Shown one piece after another: positions 16,270 to 26,326 of a stretch of 36,517 nucleotides of DNA. Below the pieces are notes generated by a model. The model was not told the DNA's origin. It saw only the letters and a program-made list of their open reading frames with translations, and searched no databases. The DNA comes from Myxococcota bacterium (GTDB taxonomy: Bacteria > Myxococcota_A > Polyangia > Nannocystales > Nannocystaceae): assembly GCA_039028615.1 (NCBI GenBank), contig JBCCHT010000071.1:1-36517 (forward strand), given 5' to 3'. The first letter of the stretch is position 1, and every line of letters starts with the position of its first letter. Position numbers and translations under genes: made by a program.

Positions 16270-19200
16270 GTGGCCGAGCCGGGTACCCTGGGAGTCGCAA
16301 GGAACCGTGCCGCGGGGGTGAAGCAGTCAGGGGACAATTCCGAAGCGACGCGCTCGACGACCGTGGGGTCGAACCGAGCGGGCCGCGGACTCGGCCCCCC
16401 TTCGAATCGGAGCGACGTCGAGACCCGCCCCATCGGGGGCTCGGACTCCGACAACCCACTGCCGCCGGGGGCCCTCGGTCACGCGCAGGAACCGTGGCCG
16501 GGCATCGGTGGCAACTTGGGTCGGTACCTCGTCATCGACGAGTGCGGACGCGGGGGCATGGGCGTGGTGTTGCGGGCCTACGATCCCAAGCTACAGCGCG
16601 AGGTCGCACTCAAGATCCTGTGGGGCGACCGGGCCGACGACGACGCCCAGGCCCGGATCATCCGCGAGGCCCGGGCGCTCGCCCAACTCTCGCACCCGCA
16701 CGTGGTCTCCGTGTACGACGTGGACCTCGAGGAAACGCAGGGACGCACCGTGGTCGCCATGGAGTACGTACCCGGCACCACGCTGCGAAAGTGGCTCCAA
16801 GAAGAGCCGTCGACCGCGGAGATCATCGAGGCCTTCGTGCAAGCAGGGCGGGGCTTGGAGGCGGCGCACGAAGTGGGCCTGCTGCACCGTGATTTCAAGC
16901 CGAGCAACGTGCTGCGAACGGAGCAGGGGCGCCTGAAGGTCACCGACTTCGGGCTCGCCAAGTGGGTCGAAGGAGCGCCCTCGGTCTCGCGCTCGTCGGT
17001 GTCTTCGGCGGCCATGCCCATCGGCGATGACGACGAACCGTTGACCCGAGGCGACGTCGTGGTGGGTACGCCGCGCTACATGGCGCCCGAGCAGCTGATG
17101 GGAGAGCCGCAGACGCCGGCCGTGGACCAGTACGCGTTCTGCATCGCGCTTTGGGAGGCGCTGGCGGGGAGACCTCCGTTCCCGACCGGCAACCACCAGA
17201 CCATGCTCAGCGCCAAGGTCTACGGTCCGCCGCCGTGGCCCGACTCGACTCCGGCCCCGCCCGGGCTCGTCGATGCGCTGCTCCGCGGCTTGGCACCGAA
17301 GCCGGACGAGCGCTGGCCCTCGATGACGGCCCTGCTCGACGCCCTGGATTCCGATCCACAGGGAAAACCGGGGCGCTGGTGGATGGTCGCCGGAGCCACT
17401 GCGGTCACGGCCGCCGCCATCGCGTGGGGCATGGCCCAGTCCCCGCCGGACGAGCGCTGCACGGGCGCACGAGCGCGTATCGACGAAGCCTGGCCGGCAC
17501 CGCGCCGGGCACAGGTCGACGAGGCGTTCACCGCCACCGAGCTCCCCTATGCCGCCGACAGCTTGGAGCGCACGCTCGAGGCCCTCGACGACTACGCCGA
17601 CGCCTGGGCCGAGCAACACACGCGCGCATGCGAGGCCACTACGGTTCGTGGGGAGCAGTCTTCGGCGATCCTCGACCTTCGCATGGCATGCCTCGAGCAA
17701 CGGTGGCGAAGCCTCGATGCCACCACCCGCGAGCTCGCCTCTGCCGACCGCCTCGCCGTAGAGAACGTGGACGCGCTGCTCGACTCGCTGCCGCACCTGG
17801 ACCCCTGCTCGGACGTGGACAGCCTTCTGCGCGACGTCGTGCCGCCCGAGCCGGGGCAGGCCGACGAGATCGAGCGCATCGAGCGAGCACTGGCCCCCGC
17901 GCTGGCCCGCCATCGCTCGGGGCACTACGAAGAGGCCGTCGAGATCCTCGAGCCCCTCGAAGCGGCCGCAGCGAGGCTCGGCTACGGGCCTCTGCTCGCC
18001 CGGCTCCAGTACCACCTCGGTGACGCGCAGGTACGAGCCGGACGAGCGCAGCGTGGGCGTGAAATTCTGTCCGAGGGTCTCGCATCGGCCCTCGCGGCGC
18101 GACGCTGGGCTCAAGCCCGAGACACGGCCTTGCAGCTCACGCACGTGGTCGGGGGCGACCTCGCCAAGACCGACGAAGGCCGGGTCTACGCCGACGTGGT
18201 CCGGGGGTTGCTCGCCGCCGCGCCCGACCTCCGAAGCGAGGTGGAGCTGCGACGCACGCTCGCGATGATGGCTCGCACGGACGGCCGCCTCGAGGAGACG
18301 GAGCGCCTGCTACGCGACAACCTCGAGCAGCTGCAGGACGATGCCGGACCCTCGTTCGATGCGCGAGCCAGCCTGCTCTCCGATCTGGCCAACGTGCTGC
18401 AAGACCGTGGTGACTACGCCGGCGCCGAGCAGACCTATCGCGAGGCCCTCGCCCTCCAGCGGCAGCTCCGTGGCGACCAGCACCCGAGCGTCGCGCGGGC
18501 CCACGCCAACCTCGGACGCGCGCTCGAGCACCGCGGCCGCTACGAAGAATCCGAGCGCGAGATCCGTCGGGCGCTGTCCATCTCGGTGGCCATCCTCGGC
18601 GAGCGCCACACCGACCTCATCACGATCCGAACGAACCTCGGCAACGCGCTCTACGTGCAGAACGAGCTCGAAGAGGCCGAGGCCGAGCATCGCAAGTCCT
18701 TGTCGATCGCCCAGGAAAACTACGAGCCGACCCATCCCCGCGTCGCCTTCGCCCGCAACAACCTCGCGCTGGTGCTGATCCCGCTCGATCGCGCCGAAGA
18801 GGCCCGCCAGGAGCTGCGTACGGCCATCGATGCGTGGATGAGCACCAACGAGCCCGGCCACCCCTACGTGGCGGCGCTCCACTACAACCTGGGCCTGGCG
18901 TGGACCGAGGACGAGCACCACGCCGAAGCCGAGGCCGAGTATCGCATCGCGCTGGAGGTCGGCGAACGAGCCCTCGGAGCGGACCATCCCCGGCTGCTGA
19001 CCGTGCGGGCCGACCTCGCCGACGCCCTGCTGGCCCAGGAGCGAAACCTCGACGAAGCTCGGACCCTCGCGGAGTCAGCGTGGGCCACAGCGGAGACGAC
19101 CGAGCTGACCGACGAAGACCGGGGCAAGATCGCCTGGGTGGTCGCGCAGCTACGGGCGCGGGACACCACCGAGTTCAGCGAGGCGCTCGAGCTGGCCCGG

Positions 19201-19293
19201 ACCGCCCGCGACGCATTCGAGCGCGCCGGAGCTCCCTACGCATCGACGCGAGAGACCATCGACGCCTGGATGGCCGAACGCCAGCCGCAGTAA
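16270..19293 (+). CDS. Ser/Thr protein kinase with TM helix and C-terminal TPR repeats (start uncertain)
   Basis: GRGGMGVVL, VALKIL, HRDFKPSN, DFG, GTPRYMAPE; TM segment WWMVAGATAVTAAAIAWGMA; TPRs (HPSVARAHANLG, HPRVAFARNNLA). Confidence 0.93.
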   Translation: MAEPGTLGVARNRAAGVKQSGDNSEATRSTTVGSNRAGRGLGPPSNRSDVETRPIGGSDSDNPLPPGALGHAQEPWPGIGGNLGRYLVIDECGRGGMGVVLRAYDPKLQREVALKILWGDRADDDAQARIIREARALAQLSHPHVVSVYDVDLEETQGRTVVAMEYVPGTTLRKWLQEEPSTAEIIEAFVQAGRGLEAAHEVGLLHRDFKPSNVLRTEQGRLKVTDFGLAKWVEGAPSVSRSSVSSAAMPIGDDDEPLTRGDVVVGTPRYMAPEQLMGEPQTPAVDQYAFCIALWEALAGRPPFPTGNHQTMLSAKVYGPPPWPDSTPAPPGLVDALLRGLAPKPDERWPSMTALLDALDSDPQGKPGRWWMVAGATAVTAAAIAWGMAQSPPDERCTGARARIDEAWPAPRRAQVDEAFTATELPYAADSLERTLEALDDYADAWAEQHTRACEATTVRGEQSSAILDLRMACLEQRWRSLDATTRELASADRLAVENVDALLDSLPHLDPCSDVDSLLRDVVPPEPGQADEIERIERALAPALARHRSGHYEEAVEILEPLEAAAARLGYGPLLARLQYHLGDAQVRAGRAQRGREILSEGLASALAARRWAQARDTALQLTHVVGGDLAKTDEGRVYADVVRGLLAAAPDLRSEVELRRTLAMMARTDGRLEETERLLRDNLEQLQDDAGPSFDARASLLSDLANVLQDRGDYAGAEQTYREALALQRQLRGDQHPSVARAHANLGRALEHRGRYEESEREIRRALSISVAILGERHTDLITIRTNLGNALYVQNELEEAEAEHRKSLSIAQENYEPTHPRVAFARNNLALVLIPLDRAEEARQELRTAIDAWMSTNEPGHPYVAALHYNLGLAWTEDEHHAEAEAEYRIALEVGERALGADHPRLLTVRADLADALLAQERNLDEARTLAESAWATAETTELTDEDRGKIAWVVAQLRARDTTEFSEALELARTARDAFERAGAPYASTRETIDAWMAERQPQ

Positions 19294-19306
19294 TCGGCCC
19301 CGCTCG

Positions 19307-20248
19307 TCAGGACGCGCGAGCCGAGACCGCGACGGGGGCTGGATCGGCGCTCGGTAGGCCGCGATGCAGCACGGCCGGCGGCAAGATCCCCCGGCTACGG
19401 AACGCCGCGAACACCCGTAGGTTCACGTCGGTCTGAAAGCTCTTCTCGTGCTTCGTATCGAGCACGTACGCCTTGAGCGTCAGCCGCATGGTCACGTAGC
19501 TGTCGTGGATCATCTGCCCCACGTGCACCACGATGGGCTTGGGCAGGTGCACGAAGCGGCTGGAGACCGCGGCTTCGGTGACGATCTCGCGGGCCTCGGC
19601 CAGGTCTTGGTCGACCCCGATGTCGAAGGTCATCGCCACCTGCATGTCGAGCGCCCCGTAGTTGCCGTTGGAGGTGATCTCGCTGAGGAACTTGTTGTTG
19701 GGAATGGTGACCGTGTTGTCGTCGAGGGTCTGCAAGCGGACCGAGCGCAGGCCGATGGAGGTGATGTCACCGTACTCGCCCCCGAAGGACACCCGGTCCC
19801 CCACCTGGAAGGGTCGATCGAGCATGATCATGATGCCCGCGATGAACGAGGCCACCAGGTCCTTGATGGCAAAACCGACCGACACGGCAATGGTGCCGCC
19901 GATGACCGCGAGCACGCGCTCGTCGATGCGGAAGCTGAGCATGATCACCGTCATGCCCGTGCCCACGTAGATGATGAACTGGGTGACGGTCGCGAGCTTC
20001 TGCAGCAGCAAGCGCCGCGTGGCGAACTGAGCGGAGATGCGGTCGACGAAGTCGTTCATCAGCCGCAGCACGATCCACGAGCTGAGGATGACGAACGCCG
20101 AGGTGAACACGCCGCCCCAGCGAATCATGCGGGCGAACTGCGAGACCGCGTCGGGCTCGATCATCTCCTCGACGGGCTCGGCCCCCAGCGCCAGTGTCGG
20201 TGCGAAGGCAGCCAGGGCCACGAGGACGGGTAGCAAAATGCGGAGCAT
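19307..20248 (-). CDS. Small-conductance mechanosensitive channel, MscS family
   Basis: TM helices followed by VGFAIKDLVASFIAGIMIMLDRPFQVGDRV...GDITSIGLRSVRLQTLDDNTVTIPN, the MscS core signature; GAGGA RBS. Confidence 0.93.
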   Translation of the reverse strand: MLRILLPVLVALAAFAPTLALGAEPVEEMIEPDAVSQFARMIRWGGVFTSAFVILSSWIVLRLMNDFVDRISAQFATRRLLLQKLATVTQFIIYVGTGMTVIMLSFRIDERVLAVIGGTIAVSVGFAIKDLVASFIAGIMIMLDRPFQVGDRVSFGGEYGDITSIGLRSVRLQTLDDNTVTIPNNKFLSEITSNGNYGALDMQVAMTFDIGVDQDLAEAREIVTEAAVSSRFVHLPKPIVVHVGQMIHDSYVTMRLTLKAYVLDTKHEKSFQTDVNLRVFAAFRSRGILPPAVLHRGLPSADPAPVAVSARAS

Positions 20249-20263
20249 GGTGTTCCTCGCGGG

Positions 20264-23200
20264 TCAGGCCGCCAACAGGTGCTGACGTTGGAGCATGCGG
20301 GTGATGGCGCGATACCAAGGCCAGGTGATGGAAAAGACGCCGTGCTCCTGCACGACATAGCCGCGCCCCAGGGCAAAGCGCAGGGCATCCTCGGCCTCGG
20401 CCAGCGGCATGCGGATCGCGGCCGAGACTTCGGGCTTGGTCGCCGTCTCGAGCTGTACCAGCGAGCGCAGCACAAACCGCAAGGTCAGCGGCAATGCATC
20501 GAGCTCGGCCGCGGGGGGCTCTCGGAACAGCCGCACCACCAGGCGCCCCGAGCGATCGCGAAACAGTGACTGCGCCCAGAAGAAGCTGGCCACGTGCGGG
20601 TTACCGGCCGCGTAGTCCCACAGGATGCGGTAGTAGCCGATCTCGCTGCGCCGCTCCTGCTCGAGCTCGTCGTCGTCGTACTGGCGAGGGATCACCAGGC
20701 CGTCGAAGGACGGCTCGACGTCGAGTCGCTCGCTGCGGCGCCGCATCAGCGCACAGATATCGTCCTCGTTCCACGGGCCCAGGGTGATCACGTCGTCGAA
20801 GTGCAACCGCTCGCCCCGCGCCCGGCTGACGTACTGCCACGCTGCCGCCCCGATGGTGGCGATCCACGAGACCTGCTCCCCCGACAGCCGGGCCAGCCGC
20901 CCCAGGTCGTCCAGGCCCCGCATGCCGCCGATGGTGGGCTGCACCAGGCGCTGGATGTCGTCGAGCGTGACCAGGCGAGGGCCTCCATCACGCAGGCCTC
21001 GACCGACCTCCTCGAGCGTCGCGGTGTCTTCGAGACCGAGGGCCCTGGCCAGGTCGGCGACGAGCCCCTTGACCCCCGACGCCGGGCAAGAGAGCGCCAG
21101 CGTGGGTCCCTCGTGCTGCTCGGCCACCCGGGCCAAGAGCGTGGACTTGCCCAGACCGCGCTCGCCCACCACCAACGAGAAGGTCGCGCCCGAGCGGCCG
21201 ACCGTGTCTCGAAGGCGGGTCATCGCACTACCCGCGACCTCGGGTAGCTGGTCGTCGCTGCGCACCGGCTCGATGAAGCGCGCCTGCAGCTCGGGCTCGG
21301 CCGGGCTCACCGACTCGGAGTGCTCGGTGGCTTCCGCCTGGCGAGCGACCTCGCGGCGAAACAGGTAGGCGAGCACCTTGCGGGTGCCTTCGAATCGCGC
21401 CGCCCGACGCACCAGCCATCGCCACGAGCCGCGAGCGAGCAGCACGATGCCGCCCACCATGGCCGCCGGATAGCTCGCCCAGCCCTCCGTACGCGCGCGC
21501 ACCCAGTCCGCCAGGCGCCCCTCGGGCTCCGCTTCGTAGGCCGCGAAGATCTCGTCCTTCCACCAGCGCGTCAGCAGCAGGGAGATGGGGATCGCGAGCA
21601 GCCAGCACGTGCCCAAGACCCAGGAGTAGATGGCACCGCGACCGACCAACGCATTGGCCAGCGACAGCACGAGCCCGGTGTACGCGATGGACAGGCCGAT
21701 CAGGCGCAGCGAACGAATGCGAACGTCCGCCGTCGCGCTGGGGCCCCCCTGCCGTCGGTGCTCGCGGGCCGCGATGGCATCGACGAACAGGATCGTGGCC
21801 GACCCGAGCAAGAGCCACTGCACCACCAGCCACAACAGCTCGAGCTCCGGGAACAGCTCGAAGGTCGAGGTGCCATGGAAGACGAACGCCGCGACCACCA
21901 GCCACTCCAGCGGCTTGCGAACACGGGCCAGGTACCAGGCGAACGACGCGATCCAGCCTGCGCGACGGGGCCGAGATCGACCAGGGGCCGGCTCGGGCGG
22001 ACGCTGAGCATCGGCCAGAATGTCGGGCGCACGCCTGCGCCACCACCGAAACACGAACACCAGCGCCAGCAGCTGCAGCAGGCCGATGATGAGCGGCACG
22101 GGTGAGGTCCGTAGATCGGTCCACACCGCCCGCAGCTGACGGGGCAACGACAGCCCGCGGTAGCGCAGCTCCAGGGCAATCTGAGAGGCCTCTTCGCTCA
22201 CTTGTCGTACGCCGGCCGGGCCGAAGCCCGTGACCTGGCTGCGCAGCGCGGGCGACAGGACTTTCAGCAGGCTCAACCGGGCGGCCTCGAGCCGAGTGAT
22301 GTCCTCGCGATATCCATCGGCCGCCGTCCACTGGAGCTGTTGCTCCCGCAGGCTCAGTTGCTCGCCTGCGGTCACGAGCTCCCGGTGGAGCTGGCGGATC
22401 TCGGTGGAATCGACCTCGTCGCCGAGCTCGAGCAACGCCCCCGGCTGCGGCACATCGCTATGGCCTTCGGCCACGTCGGCGAGCACTTGATCGAGGCCCT
22501 CGCGGGCGCTCGACAGCTGCTCTCGAAGCAGAGGATAGAGCGAGTCGGGATCTTCGGCCGGCTCGGCGAACGCCGCGATGGCACCGACCACATCCGCGCT
22601 GCGTTGCTCCCACCCGTCCACCGCCTCGTGGCGCTGCGACGACGCCAGCCGATGCTCCGCGAGCTCCAGTTCGAAGTGCGCCTGGGCTTCCTTCACGCCG
22701 AGCAATCGCGCGAGTTCTTCAGCGAGAGCGCGGCGAGCTTCAGTCTGTGCGGCCCGGGCTTCGGCGAGCGCACGCTCCTTTTCCCGGGCGACCGCCATCG
22801 CGGCCTCCTCTGCCTCGGCCACCGCCGCCTCGGGCTCGACCTCCTCGGCCTCCGCGGGTACATCCGCCTCGACCGGGTCCGCCTCGGGCTCGACCTCGGG
22901 CTCTCGCGCCGCCACCTGCCGGGCGCGATGGGCCTCCACCAGCGCACGGCGCTCCTCGGCCGGTCGCTCGAGCAACGATCGCTGAGCCTGATGCAACGCC
23001 AGCTCGGCCTGCTCCACCTCGGATGCGAGCGCATCGGCCTCGGTCGCCCCGGCCGTGCCGAGCCCCTCCGACAAGCTGATGCGCAGCACGGCGTCGGGCT
23101 CGACGTCGGTGTCGAGCGTCCCGGCCACCAGCGCTTCGAGCTGCGTGCGTCGGGTCCGAGCCTGCTCGAGGCGGGCCTTCAGCGCGGCGCGCCGCAGCTG

Positions 23201-23758
23201 CTCCGCGACCGATGCATCGCGATGCGCCCCGAGCCGCTCCGCCCGAAGCTCGGGCTCCAAGCGCAGCCAGTCGGCCAAGGTCGCGATGAACCGAGACCGT
23301 GCTTCGGCCTCGGTGGCCGAGTCGGGATCGGGCTGCGGCTTGGGTCTGCGTCGCGACGGCCGAGCGCGTTCCGTCGGCTCTTCCAGGGCCGTGCGGAGCG
23401 CGACGAGATCGGCGGCGCTCAACAGCGCGTCACCCGATAGTTCGATCGACAGCAGCGCGTCGACATCGACGCCGGGCTCGAGCTCGCCGCGGATCAACGC
23501 CCGGACCGATCGCCGGCGCTCGTCCAGCGTACGCAGGCGCTCGGCCGATGCCGATGCCGATGCCGATGCCGATGCCGATGGTGGCTCGGTAGGCTCTGCC
23601 TCCTCGGACTCGGCGCCCGCCGCCTCCACCGCCACCTCGGGCTCGGGCGCAGGCGATGCTGCCGGCTGAGCCAACACCGATGCGGGCCCCAGAAACAGCG
23701 CGAGCGACAGGCACGGCCCGATGCGGGCATCGATTCGAGCGTTCCATCCCAGCGCCAT
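20264..23758 (-). CDS. Large membrane protein: signal peptide, periplasmic coiled-coil, about 6 TM helices, cytoplasmic P-loop (AAA+/STAND-like) ATPase and probable winged helix
   Basis: Signal LSLALFLGPASVLA-Q; long helical region; hydrophobic segments; Walker A GERGLGKST; Walker B LVTLDD; C-terminal wHTH-like segment. ATG 23758 has a GGGGG RBS-like run. Confidence 0.82.
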   Translation of the reverse strand: MALGWNARIDARIGPCLSLALFLGPASVLAQPAASPAPEPEVAVEAAGAESEEAEPTEPPSASASASASASAERLRTLDERRRSVRALIRGELEPGVDVDALLSIELSGDALLSAADLVALRTALEEPTERARPSRRRPKPQPDPDSATEAEARSRFIATLADWLRLEPELRAERLGAHRDASVAEQLRRAALKARLEQARTRRTQLEALVAGTLDTDVEPDAVLRISLSEGLGTAGATEADALASEVEQAELALHQAQRSLLERPAEERRALVEAHRARQVAAREPEVEPEADPVEADVPAEAEEVEPEAAVAEAEEAAMAVAREKERALAEARAAQTEARRALAEELARLLGVKEAQAHFELELAEHRLASSQRHEAVDGWEQRSADVVGAIAAFAEPAEDPDSLYPLLREQLSSAREGLDQVLADVAEGHSDVPQPGALLELGDEVDSTEIRQLHRELVTAGEQLSLREQQLQWTAADGYREDITRLEAARLSLLKVLSPALRSQVTGFGPAGVRQVSEEASQIALELRYRGLSLPRQLRAVWTDLRTSPVPLIIGLLQLLALVFVFRWWRRRAPDILADAQRPPEPAPGRSRPRRAGWIASFAWYLARVRKPLEWLVVAAFVFHGTSTFELFPELELLWLVVQWLLLGSATILFVDAIAAREHRRQGGPSATADVRIRSLRLIGLSIAYTGLVLSLANALVGRGAIYSWVLGTCWLLAIPISLLLTRWWKDEIFAAYEAEPEGRLADWVRARTEGWASYPAAMVGGIVLLARGSWRWLVRRAARFEGTRKVLAYLFRREVARQAEATEHSESVSPAEPELQARFIEPVRSDDQLPEVAGSAMTRLRDTVGRSGATFSLVVGERGLGKSTLLARVAEQHEGPTLALSCPASGVKGLVADLARALGLEDTATLEEVGRGLRDGGPRLVTLDDIQRLVQPTIGGMRGLDDLGRLARLSGEQVSWIATIGAAAWQYVSRARGERLHFDDVITLGPWNEDDICALMRRRSERLDVEPSFDGLVIPRQYDDDELEQERRSEIGYYRILWDYAAGNPHVASFFWAQSLFRDRSGRLVVRLFREPPAAELDALPLTLRFVLRSLVQLETATKPEVSAAIRMPLAEAEDALRFALGRGYVVQEHGVFSITWPWYRAITRMLQRQHLLAA
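23544..23579 (+). repeat. Perfect hexanucleotide repeat (GCCGAT)x6 encoding (SA)6 in the ATPase N-terminal linker
   Basis: Read directly. Confidence 0.9.
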
Positions 23759-23971
23759 CGACCCCCACCGCTGCAGAATTCGGACCGGGCTGCAAAGGGC
23801 CGAAACGACGCGCGGAGACATCCTTTCCGACCAATGCGCGGCACTTTCCCACGGTGTTCCATTGTGCCCCGCCCCAGCGTGAACAGGCGCTACGGCCGGA
23901 ACTCGACATTGGGACACCCACCGACGACGCGCGGCTCGCCGGTCTCCGATCCGCCGAGGGAGCGCGGTCGA

Positions 23972-25300
23972 TCAACGCAGGGGTGCACGCACGACGAGCT
24001 TCTCGTCCCGCAGGGCCACCGGCTCCTCGCGTCGCGACGCGCGATAGCCCCGGCGGAGGTTGTGGCTGAACAGCGGCAAGATCGGCGCCAGCGCGACTCG
24101 GCTGACCGCGGTGAGGAACTTGCCCGCCAGCTGCGGCGAGCCGACACCGAACAGCGGCGTCGGGCTGTACTCGAGCGCATGACGCTCGACGTGGGCGGCC
24201 GCCCCCTCGCCGTAGAGGTCGCGAATCACCATCAGCGCCGCTTCGTAGGAGCCGATCGCGGGCCCCGCCGAGTAGTACTTGTCGGACGAAGCGAGCTCGC
24301 GGTTCGCCGGGGTCGCCCCGCAGCGCTCGAGCATGTGCGTCATGTGGAAATTGCTGGTCGCGACGTGGCCATCGAGCAGCCCCGCGGCGCCCACGATCAG
24401 ACTCCCAGCACAGACGCAGATCACCGCCTTGGCGGCCGAGGCCTGGCGCTGCATGAAGCTCAGCACGTCGGGGTCCGAGCACAACGCGGGCATGTTGGCG
24501 CCCAAGATGATGACGTCGGCCTGCGGACACTCTTCGAGGGTCGTATCGGGGACCACCGTCGGACCCAAGGTGCAGCGCACCGGCTTCGTCTTCTTCCACA
24601 CGTAGCGAAAGCGAAGGTTCGGCAGCGCCCCCAGGGTATCGGCCGCGCCGATCACATCCGGCAAGTACGTCCCCGGGGCGGTGAGCACCGCGACCTCCAG
24701 CCCACGCTCGTCGGGCGTGCTCGGCTCGACGCCTTCGAAGTGGCGCTCGGGGTTGTACTCCAAGGTCAGCTCCGCGAGCTTGGTGACGAAGTCTCCGGTC
24801 AGCGCCTTCATCACCGCGAACGCGGCTTCGATCCCGCCCGTGGACGGGCCCGCGGTGAAGAAACGTTCGTCACGGACGAAGGTCGGAGACTCGACCGCGG
24901 TGACACGGTGTGCCTGGAGGCGGCGCAGCGTGTCGACGTCGGCCGTCACCCGCTTGCCTTCGAGTACCCCCGCGTTCGCCAACAGCTGCACCCCGTTCGA
25001 GATGCCGATCACGAACGAAGCCTGCGCGGCCGCCCGCTTCACGAACGCGAGGGTGGCTGCGTCGTCGAGCGTCTCGGGCGATTGCTCGCCGACCACGAAC
25101 ACCGCGAGCTTGGGGCAGTCCGCGAAGGTCGCGTGCGGCACCAGCTCGAGCCCCAAGCGGCCCCGCACACGCGCCGAGGACTCGGCGACGTAGAGGGTGC
25201 GATGCGTCAGCGCATTCGCCCCCAACACCGCCTCGACGCCGACCAAGTCGGAGAGGCGACATCCGGGCGTGGCGAGCAGGCCGATTTTCTTCACCAACAT
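23972..25300 (-). CDS. Tandem-domain DJ-1/PfpI family protein, isocyanide-hydratase-like
   Basis: Two DJ-1 domains (ELVPHATFADCP and TVVPDTTLEECPQADV); ICVCAGS in domain 2; LEYNP and LEYSPTPLFGVGSP motifs resembling the isocyanide hydratase C-terminus. Confidence 0.85.
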   Translation of the reverse strand: MLVKKIGLLATPGCRLSDLVGVEAVLGANALTHRTLYVAESSARVRGRLGLELVPHATFADCPKLAVFVVGEQSPETLDDAATLAFVKRAAAQASFVIGISNGVQLLANAGVLEGKRVTADVDTLRRLQAHRVTAVESPTFVRDERFFTAGPSTGGIEAAFAVMKALTGDFVTKLAELTLEYNPERHFEGVEPSTPDERGLEVAVLTAPGTYLPDVIGAADTLGALPNLRFRYVWKKTKPVRCTLGPTVVPDTTLEECPQADVIILGANMPALCSDPDVLSFMQRQASAAKAVICVCAGSLIVGAAGLLDGHVATSNFHMTHMLERCGATPANRELASSDKYYSAGPAIGSYEAALMVIRDLYGEGAAAHVERHALEYSPTPLFGVGSPQLAGKFLTAVSRVALAPILPLFSHNLRRGYRASRREEPVALRDEKLVVRAPLR

Positions 25301-25411
25301 GGGGACTGCAGGTTCGCGAATTTCCCCGCGCAACGGCAGGGGGTGAGACCGCATGACGCAGTTTTTTTGAGCACGGAATAGGCCGGCCGCCGAGTGCGCT
25401 CGGGTCCCCCC

Positions 25412-26326
25412 TTACTCGTTCAGGCAAAACCCACTGAAGCCGTTGCTCAGGCAAAACCCGTTGCAGCAATCGGAAGCGACCGTGCAGGGTTCCCCTCCCC
25501 GCACGCAGCAATCGGTCGTATCGAAGTTCAGGCAGCCGGCATTGCAGGTGACGGTGCCGCCGCCGAACCCCAGCGTCACGCAGTTCACCCCGTCGAGCTC
25601 GGAGCCGTCGCAGACCTCGGACCCTTCGATGGTCCCGTTCCCGCAGCGTTGAATCGCGCACCCCGACGTGTCGATCTCGCAGCCGATGCAGCCCAGCGTG
25701 CCGCCGTCGAAGCCCTGACTCAGGCAGGTCTCGCCGCCGAAGTCGATCCCGTCGCACTGCTCCTCGCCCTCGCGGACCGCGTTGCCGCAGCGGGTGCACG
25801 ACGACGTGTCGAAGGTGCAGTCTTCGGCGCACGCCAGAGAGCCCGCGTCGAAGTCCGGCCGGTCCATGCAGGTCTCGCCGCCGAGGTCGGAGCCATCGCA
25901 GTCCTCCGCTCCTTCCCGCCGCCCGTCGCCGCAGAAGCTGCAGCCGCTCACGTCGATCTCGCAGGCATCGGTGCACGCAAGCATCCCGGACGCCGAAGCG
26001 TCCACGGGAGCAAAGTCGTCGCAGCTCAGGCCGCCGAAGTCACCCGACTCACACTGCTCGCCCGCACCGAGGATCCCGTCGCCGCACACGCTTTCCGCCG
26101 AGCCGTGCGTACCGTCTCCCGGCTCGCCCGTCTCCGTGGACGCTGAAGCACGAGTGTCCTCGCCGCCCGAGGTCGACCCCGACGCCCCAACGCCCGTCGA
26201 GGTCTCGCCGCGTCCCGACGCCCCGACGGGGGCCGAGTCGGGACAGCCCGACAGCGCGAGCAAGAACGCACAAGCGACCCTCCGCGGAACAGGAACGACG
26301 AACATCGGCAGCGCGGAGGAGACCAC
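25412..26326 (-). CDS. Cys-rich repeat lipoprotein (myxobacterial CGNG/CGDG repeats)
   Basis: Lipobox LALSGC; S/T/G linker; four repeats of CG(D/N)x...E.C(D/E)..D.GG..C...G.L.C...C..D.S.C; C-terminal CC knot. Confidence 0.85.
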   Translation of the reverse strand: MVSSALPMFVVPVPRRVACAFLLALSGCPDSAPVGASGRGETSTGVGASGSTSGGEDTRASASTETGEPGDGTHGSAESVCGDGILGAGEQCESGDFGGLSCDDFAPVDASASGMLACTDACEIDVSGCSFCGDGRREGAEDCDGSDLGGETCMDRPDFDAGSLACAEDCTFDTSSCTRCGNAVREGEEQCDGIDFGGETCLSQGFDGGTLGCIGCEIDTSGCAIQRCGNGTIEGSEVCDGSELDGVNCVTLGFGGGTVTCNAGCLNFDTTDCCVRGGEPCTVASDCCNGFCLSNGFSGFCLNE

